From assembly GCF_002895005.1 (NCBI RefSeq), contig NZ_POWF01000001.1, forward strand, positions 410,344 through 474,343: a stretch of 64,000 nt of DNA, read 5' to 3'. Shown here piece after piece: positions 58,211 to 64,000 of the stretch (the stretch's first letter is position 1; each line of letters begins with the position of its first letter). The position numbers and the translations under genes are program-made. This stretch comes from Hanstruepera neustonica (GTDB taxonomy: Bacteria > Bacteroidota > Bacteroidia > Flavobacteriales > Flavobacteriaceae). The notes under the pieces are model-generated. The model worked only from the letters and a program-made list of their open reading frames with translations. It was not told the DNA's origin and searched no databases.

Positions 58211-59821
58211 TTAATTGTTTGGTTCTGTAAAATAAATTTCAAATAGCACTTTTTTATCTGTTGGAACATTTGGATTGGTTCCATATAACGCAGTTCCTCT
58301 GGGAGATAATACGGCACCAGTCGGTACATATTCATTGTTAGAATTTAATACATCTGCCTTTTGAATATCATTAACATTTGTAGACACATATAAACCTAGG
58401 CTAACATTTGTTGAATCACGTATTAAAATGTTATTAAGATGTTCGGTTAACCGTAGTTTGTATTTAACCCCGCGATTATCATCATCTCTTTCTAGTATTC
58501 TAGAAAACAAGACTTTAGAATTTAACGGTGTGGTATTGTTTGTTGAAGTATCAAAGAAATAATCTACAATTGGGACATTGTTTGCCAAATCATATAAAAT
58601 AACACGGTCAGGTTCTTGACCATTCAGTTCATTCTGATTTACATAAAAAGTGATATTAGCCTCATTTAATAGCCAACTTTCTTTTTTACTCTTAAAATAA
58701 TCAAGTGAATTGACAGGGTTACCTTCTTCATCTAATGTTTCGCCACTAAATAAATTTATTACTGTCATTGAGCCCTCACCTCCTTTAAGGTATAACGTTT
58801 CATCACCGTCTACCATATTAGCATTAGCATCGGCATCTTGTATTATGGTATTAGAAGGATCGTTTTCTAGTACATTTAAAATATTACCACTAAAGTTCAT
58901 TCTAAAAAACCTATCGTCCCGCACTTCAACATCTTCACCAGTTTCAGGATCGATTTCAATACTTAAAAGTGAGCTATAATACACAAGAATATAAGCTTGG
59001 GAAATGTTTAGCATGGACATAATACCATTATCAACCTCACCTTCTTCAGCCTTAAAGTAAATCCCTCTAAAGTAACTTTTGAAGTTATTTTGATTACTTA
59101 ATTCTGGTTTTGATTCTGGGTCTGAATCTCCAAAGAAAAACAAAGCATCCCAGAAATTATTGGTGTTCAGTAATTCAACATGTAATCCAGGCGCAGCCGT
59201 TTGTTCATCTGTAATATTCAATTCATTACTGCTTGGCACAAAGTCTTCATTATAATATAGTAATTCACCTATATGGCTATCAAAATCTATAGTTTGGTTT
59301 GAGTTGCTGTAATATCTTTGCGATTGTTCTAAATTGGTTTCCGGGTCAAAATCCCTTAAAAAATAGGTGTTCTCATAAACAGATAATTTCATGTTACCAT
59401 TTCCAAACACAGAATCCAATTTATACAAATTGTTCCCTTCTGCATCTGTTCCAACATTTTTTGAATAATAAGGAACAACCAATATAACTGAATCAATTTC
59501 AGGACTATCGCCAAAATTGAAATCAAAGGAAGTAGGAACTACTTGACTGACAACGCTTGCAGTTGTTTTCCCATAAATATCACTGTAAATTCCAAGCAGA
59601 TTAGATGAAAGCCCATTAGTCTGAACAGGATTCAACTTTTTGTTGTAAGCTATAATTGGGAAAGATTTTGAATTGTTTTCAAAATTCTTAATACCTTCAA
59701 TATCACTTTCTATGGAGGTGAAATCTCTATCACAAGCAGTAAATGCCAAACCAATTATTACCAAAAGCACAAAAGGCGAATATAGATTCAATAATTTTTT
59801 CATAATATTTTTTTGAGACAC
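58211..59821 (-). CDS. DUF4270-like lipoprotein (conserved glmS neighbour in Flavobacteriia); start may be the internal MKKLL
   Basis: Lipoprotein signal ...GLAFTAC. Asn/Tyr-rich beta-rich protein. 536 aa. Confidence 0.5.
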   Translation of the reverse strand: MSQKNIMKKLLNLYSPFVLLVIIGLAFTACDRDFTSIESDIEGIKNFENNSKSFPIIAYNKKLNPVQTNGLSSNLLGIYSDIYGKTTASVVSQVVPTSFDFNFGDSPEIDSVILVVPYYSKNVGTDAEGNNLYKLDSVFGNGNMKLSVYENTYFLRDFDPETNLEQSQRYYSNSNQTIDFDSHIGELLYYNEDFVPSSNELNITDEQTAAPGLHVELLNTNNFWDALFFFGDSDPESKPELSNQNNFKSYFRGIYFKAEEGEVDNGIMSMLNISQAYILVYYSSLLSIEIDPETGEDVEVRDDRFFRMNFSGNILNVLENDPSNTIIQDADANANMVDGDETLYLKGGEGSMTVINLFSGETLDEEGNPVNSLDYFKSKKESWLLNEANITFYVNQNELNGQEPDRVILYDLANNVPIVDYFFDTSTNNTTPLNSKVLFSRILERDDDNRGVKYKLRLTEHLNNILIRDSTNVSLGLYVSTNVNDIQKADVLNSNNEYVPTGAVLSPRGTALYGTNPNVPTDKKVLFEIYFTEPNN

Positions 59822-59828
59822 TGTTTTC

Positions 59829-60638
59829 TTAACCTAACACTTGCGTGTTGTAAAACTCGGTGTAGGCTTCACTAAAGTCATCTTTAGAGTGGAAATCTAA
59901 AACAGGTTTTTTTGAATTTTGTAAATAATTTGTTAATTCTTCTGGGAGCTCTTCAGATCCGATAATTAAAGCATCAGAGTGGTTAATGGCAACTTTCATT
60001 AAATTATTATAGGTAGGCTTGTCTAGCACAGATATAGCCTGGTCGTCAATATTATCGAATTTAATTTTGCTATGCATATCTGTATTTAACGTGCCATCAA
60101 AGCTTTGATTGTAAATGGATGTAACAATTTTGCTTTCATTGAATAAAGGCTCATCTTTATAATATTCTTTTAGATATAAAGGCAATAATGAAGCCAACCA
60201 CCCATGGACATGAATGATATCTGGAGACCAATTCAATTTTTTAACGGTTTCAATTACACCTTTAGCAAAGAAAATAGCTCTTTCGTCGTTATCAGGAAAC
60301 AAGTTGCCATCTTCATCAGTTAGAGTTGCTTTTCTTTTGAAGTACTCATCATTATCGATAAAATAAACTTGAATACGTTCTTTAGGAATTGAAGCAACTT
60401 TTATAATGAGAGGCATGTCAAGATCATTGATTACCAAATTAATACCGGAAAGCCGTATAACCTCATGCAGTTGGTGTCTTCTTTCATTGATATTGCCATA
60501 TCTAGGCATAAAAATTCGAATTTGCCCACCAAGTTGGTTAACCATTCTAGGGGCTTCAAACGACATAGAAGAAATTTCGGTTTCAGGTAAATAAGGTACT
60601 ACTTCAGATGATACATACAATATCCTCTTATCTTTCAT
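59829..60638 (-). CDS. short glycogen/starch synthase-like protein (GT5 N-terminal domain only)
   Basis: MKDKRILYVSSEVVPY... (GlgA N-terminus) ... HVHGWLASLLPLYLK. About 270 aa. Lacks the C-terminal GT1 half. Start taken at the internal Met (the ORF track gives 60686). Confidence 0.6.
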   Translation of the reverse strand: MKDKRILYVSSEVVPYLPETEISSMSFEAPRMVNQLGGQIRIFMPRYGNINERRHQLHEVIRLSGINLVINDLDMPLIIKVASIPKERIQVYFIDNDEYFKRKATLTDEDGNLFPDNDERAIFFAKGVIETVKKLNWSPDIIHVHGWLASLLPLYLKEYYKDEPLFNESKIVTSIYNQSFDGTLNTDMHSKIKFDNIDDQAISVLDKPTYNNLMKVAINHSDALIIGSEELPEELTNYLQNSKKPVLDFHSKDDFSEAYTEFYNTQVLG

Positions 60639-60744
60639 ATAACTTTGCTTTTGAAGATTCAAAATAAAAAACACGCAAAAGTACAAAAATTTATGCTAAT
60701 TGCCCGTAAAATATTAAGTTTGCACGCGTTAATTTTTTATTAAG

Positions 60745-61593
60745 GTGATGGTTTTTACTAAAAAAGAAGAAATTCAAAAATATTTAACGAGACTAAAATC
60801 AAAAGGGCAATCAGTTGGTTTTGTGCCTACTATGGGTGCTTTACATCAAGGTCATGTTTCTTTGGTTCAAAAAGCACTTGAAGACAATGATATTGTGGTA
60901 GTTAGTATTTTTGTAAATCCTACCCAATTTGACAACCGAGAGGATCTTGATAAATATCCAAGAACGCTTGAGAGAGACACAAAACTTTTAAATAGTGTTT
61001 CAACTCATATTCTAGTTTATGCGCCAACAGTCAATGATATTTATGACAATCGAATAGAATCCGAAAAATTCTCATTTGGTGGTTTGGAATTTGAAATGGA
61101 AGGCAAATTTCGAGCTGGACATTTTGACGGAGTTGGAACTATTGTAAAACGCCTGTTTGAAATTGTCAAACCTCAAAACGCTTATTTTGGGGAGAAAGAT
61201 TTTCAACAATTAGCCATTATCAAAGCAATGGTTAAAATTCATAGGCTTCCAGTTAGAATAATTGGTTGTCCCATTTTTAGAGAGTTAAATGGTTTAGCAA
61301 TGAGTTCACGCAATGAGCGTCTAAAACCTGAATATAAAAAGGTAGCGCCATTTATCTACAAAACTTTAAAATCTGCCAAAAAACAGTTTGGCACAAAAAG
61401 TGCTAAACAAGTTACAGAATGGGTTGAAGAACAATTTGCTAAACATGAGCTATTGAAATTGGAATATTTTATAATTGCTGATGTGGAAACGCTAAAACCT
61501 GTAAAAAGAAAATCAAAAAACAAATTGTATAGAGCCTTTATAGCTGTCTATGCAGATGATATTAGACTTATAGATAATATCGCTTTAAATTAA
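60745..61593 (+). CDS. panC: pantoate--beta-alanine ligase
   Basis: [13 protein letters not shown] (HIGH-type motif) and the PanC body. 282 aa. Confidence 0.9.
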   Translation: MMVFTKKEEIQKYLTRLKSKGQSVGFVPTMGALHQGHVSLVQKALEDNDIVVVSIFVNPTQFDNREDLDKYPRTLERDTKLLNSVSTHILVYAPTVNDIYDNRIESEKFSFGGLEFEMEGKFRAGHFDGVGTIVKRLFEIVKPQNAYFGEKDFQQLAIIKAMVKIHRLPVRIIGCPIFRELNGLAMSSRNERLKPEYKKVAPFIYKTLKSAKKQFGTKSAKQVTEWVEEQFAKHELLKLEYFIIADVETLKPVKRKSKNKLYRAFIAVYADDIRLIDNIALN

Positions 61594-61606
61594 TTATCTT
61601 TGCCGC

Positions 61607-61957
61607 ATGCAAATACAAGTAGTAAAATCAAAGATTCACAGAGTAAAATGCACAGGTGCAGACCTTAATTATATAGGGAGTATAACCATTGATGAAGATC
61701 TTATGGATGCAGCCAATATTATTCAAGGTGAAAAAGTTCAGATTGTCAACAATGATAATGGTGAACGATTGGAAACATACTGTATTCCAGGACCAAGAAA
61801 TAGTGGCGAAATTACGCTCAATGGTGCTGCTGCTCGAAAAGTATCGGTAGGTGATACATTGATTTTAATTACTTATGCTTTTATGGATTTAGAAGAAGCT
61901 AAAGAATTCAAGCCATCATTGGTTTTTCCGGATGAAGCTACCAATAAGCTAATTTAA
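61607..61957 (+). CDS. panD: aspartate 1-decarboxylase
   Basis: [29 protein letters not shown] (Gly-Ser self-processing site, pyruvoyl enzyme). 116 aa. Confidence 0.9.
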   Translation: MQIQVVKSKIHRVKCTGADLNYIGSITIDEDLMDAANIIQGEKVQIVNNDNGERLETYCIPGPRNSGEITLNGAAARKVSVGDTLILITYAFMDLEEAKEFKPSLVFPDEATNKLI

Positions 61958-61959
61958 AT

Positions 61960-62916
61960 TTGAACCCAAAAATAAAGAAGATATTAAAAATTGTACTCCC
62001 GATTCTATTGGGAGTTTTTTTAATATGGTATTCCTTGTCTAAAGTTTCCTTTTCAGAATTGTTGGTTTATTTTAAAAAGGCTGATTATTTCTGGATTGTC
62101 TTAGGAATGTTTTTTGGCCTGCTTAGTCATTTGTCGCGGGCATACCGATGGCGGTTTCAGTTAGAACCAATGGGTTATCATATTAAATTGCCAAACAGTA
62201 TTATGGCGGTTTTTTCAGCATATCTCATAAATTACACGGTACCTCGTGCTGGAGAAGTAGCAAGAGCATCTATTTTAACAACTTATGAGGGTGTACCCTT
62301 TGAAAAAGGTTTTGGAACCATTGTCTCCGAACGTGTAGCTGATTTGATAGCGATGTCGGTAATCATTTTAGTAACACTTTTTCTGCAGTTTGACTTTATC
62401 AGTTCATTTTTAATTGAATCTTTCCATCCCAAAGTTATTTTCACAGGAGTTGCAGCATTAGTGTTATTATTTTTGTTTTTTCTATTCTATGTTAAAAAAA
62501 GCACATCTAAAATAGCAGTTAAGATAAAGACCTTCTTTTTGGGCTTAACCGAAGGCGTTTTGAGTGTCTTCAATATGAATAAGAAATGGCCTTTTGTTTT
62601 CCATACACTATTTATATGGGCCATGTATGTGCTGATGTTTTATGTAACTACTTTTTCAGTATCAGAACTTGACGGTATTCCTTTTGGAGCAGTTTTGATT
62701 GGATTCATTTCAGCCAGCTTTAGTATAGCTGCCACTAATGGCGGTATTGGATCTTATCCAATAGCAGTTTATGCAGCGTTTACCATTTTTAATATTCCAG
62801 AAGACCCTAGTATTGCTTTCGGTTGGATAGTATGGACTTCACAAACACTGCTATTGATGATGCTGGGAGGAATATCTTTATTGTTTTTGCCAGTTTACAA
62901 TAATAAAGATCAATAA
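61960..62916 (+). CDS. lysylphosphatidylglycerol-synthase-TM-domain-like (UPF0104/flippase-like) membrane protein
   Basis: About 8 TM helices. N-terminus KIVLPILLGVFLIWYSL and the conserved RAYRWR motif. 318 aa. Confidence 0.55.
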   Translation: MNPKIKKILKIVLPILLGVFLIWYSLSKVSFSELLVYFKKADYFWIVLGMFFGLLSHLSRAYRWRFQLEPMGYHIKLPNSIMAVFSAYLINYTVPRAGEVARASILTTYEGVPFEKGFGTIVSERVADLIAMSVIILVTLFLQFDFISSFLIESFHPKVIFTGVAALVLLFLFFLFYVKKSTSKIAVKIKTFFLGLTEGVLSVFNMNKKWPFVFHTLFIWAMYVLMFYVTTFSVSELDGIPFGAVLIGFISASFSIAATNGGIGSYPIAVYAAFTIFNIPEDPSIAFGWIVWTSQTLLLMMLGGISLLFLPVYNNKDQ

Positions 62917-62999
62917 ATTATACTGAAAAGCTCCATTATTTTTCTTTTAGACTTTAGTGTTTATTTCATAACTTGCCGTAAATATTTATTTTTTTCCAA

Positions 63000-64000
63000 A
63001 TGAAAAAACTTATCTTTTTTTTGACCTTTTTTTGCTTGCTGCAAACCATAAATTCTCAAGTCATTTATGAGCCATTTCAATCTTCTAAATTAGGTGAAAC
63101 AAGAGATTTGAAAATACTGTTACCAAGAGGCTATAGCCCAGATGATAAGACAGAATACCCATTAGTAATTGTTTTGGATGGTGATTACCTTTTTGAACCT
63201 GTTATTGGTAACATAGATTATCAATCCTATTGGGATGATATGCCAGAATGTGTGGTAGTTGGAGTCAAACAATCAGACACTAGAGAACTGGATTTTTCCT
63301 ACAGCGATGAAACATTTTTTCCTTCTCATGAAGGTGCTAGTTTTTTTGAATTCATTGGTATGGAGCTCATACCTTATATTGAAGACACATACAATGTCTC
63401 AAAATTTAGAGTGGTAGTTGGCCATGATTTGAGTGCCAATTTCTTGAATTATTATCTGTTTAAAGAGTATCCTGTTTTTAGAGCCTATATTTCTTTAAGT
63501 CCCGATTTGGCGCCACAAATGGACACGCGATTACAGGAAAAGTTACCACTTCTACAAGAAGACACATTTTATTATTTAGCAACTGCGGATGATGATGTTC
63601 AAGCCCTTCATTCAAAAATTGTTGCTGCAAACAATCTTTTAAAAGACATAGATAATCCAAAACTTCATTACCGATTTGATAATTTCGCAGATGCCAATCA
63701 TTATTCATTGGTTGGATTGGGTATTCCTAAAGCAATTAATGAAATCTTTACACTTTATAAACCAATAAATAGATTGGAATACAAAGAAAAGGTATTGACC
63801 TATGAAGAAGGACCTTATGCCTATTTAGAAAAAAAATATGAGGATATTAAGTCGTTTTACGGATTTGAGAAAAAGCCAATAGAAAACGATTTTAGGGCAG
63901 TAGCCGCAGCAGCAAAAAAACTTAATGATATGGAATCATTGGAAAGTCTCTCAAAATTGGCGCGTAAAGAATATCCTGAATCCATGATAAGCGCTTATTA
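63000..64000 (+). CDS. secreted putative esterase (alpha/beta-hydrolase, enterochelin-esterase-like family), 3'-partial; absent from the ORF track because it runs off the window
   Basis: ATG at 63000 reads MKKLIFFLTFFCLLQTINSQ (signal) ...YPLVIVLDGDYLF... . Frame stays open to nt 64000. VVVGHDLSANF may be a degenerate nucleophile elbow. Confidence 0.55.
   Translation, partial: MKKLIFFLTFFCLLQTINSQVIYEPFQSSKLGETRDLKILLPRGYSPDDKTEYPLVIVLDGDYLFEPVIGNIDYQSYWDDMPECVVVGVKQSDTRELDFSYSDETFFPSHEGASFFEFIGMELIPYIEDTYNVSKFRVVVGHDLSANFLNYYLFKEYPVFRAYISLSPDLAPQMDTRLQEKLPLLQEDTFYYLATADDDVQALHSKIVAANNLLKDIDNPKLHYRFDNFADANHYSLVGLGIPKAINEIFTLYKPINRLEYKEKVLTYEEGPYAYLEKKYEDIKSFYGFEKKPIENDFRAVAAAAKKLNDMESLESLSKLARKEYPESMISAY

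Noticed and set aside
60639-60686. 16-aa hydrophobic N-terminal extension of the short glycogen-synthase-like ORF
   Set aside because: GlgA homologues begin at MK..ILYVSSE. The extension is more likely untranslated leader.

Overview
Low-GC (about 35%) chromosomal window with tightly packed genes, bipartite TTG / TAnnTTTG-type promoter context and three cargo proteins carrying C-terminal type IX secretion (T9SS) sorting domains. These features indicate a Flavobacteriia (Bacteroidota) genome. I found no rRNA, tRNA, CRISPR array, transposase or integrase.

Most of the window is housekeeping: two tandem beta-carbonic anhydrases, pheS, gpsA, the yicC-gmk-nadD operon, gdhA, recO, recX, atpD-atpC, glmS, panC-panD, and a biotin cluster (bioF-bioD-bioA plus bioB).

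The non-routine content is:
- An SOS-mutagenesis cassette: a LexA-like XRE/S24 repressor transcribed divergently from dnaE2, a catalytically intact Y-family polymerase and an SRAP (YedK-like) gene, with a perfect palindrome in the shared promoter.
- An intact KAS I/II-type beta-ketoacyl synthase embedded in the biotin operon, a candidate non-canonical supplier of the pimeloyl moiety.
- A flotillin/NfeD pair inserted between bioFDA-KAS and bioB.
- Two giant T9SS cargo proteins (1697 and about 1596 aa) with unrelated N-terminal architectures that share a collinear, unrecognised module of about 380 aa directly upstream of their CTDs.
- A PorZ-like double-propeller T9SS protein whose stop overlaps the recO start.
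- An alpha/beta-hydrolase fused to a C-terminal AraC helix-turn-helix.
- A conserved short (N-domain-only) glycogen synthase neighbourhood.
- Several strong intrinsic terminators and candidate operator palindromes.

All calls rest on reading motifs in the supplied translations and the DNA. No database search was possible.
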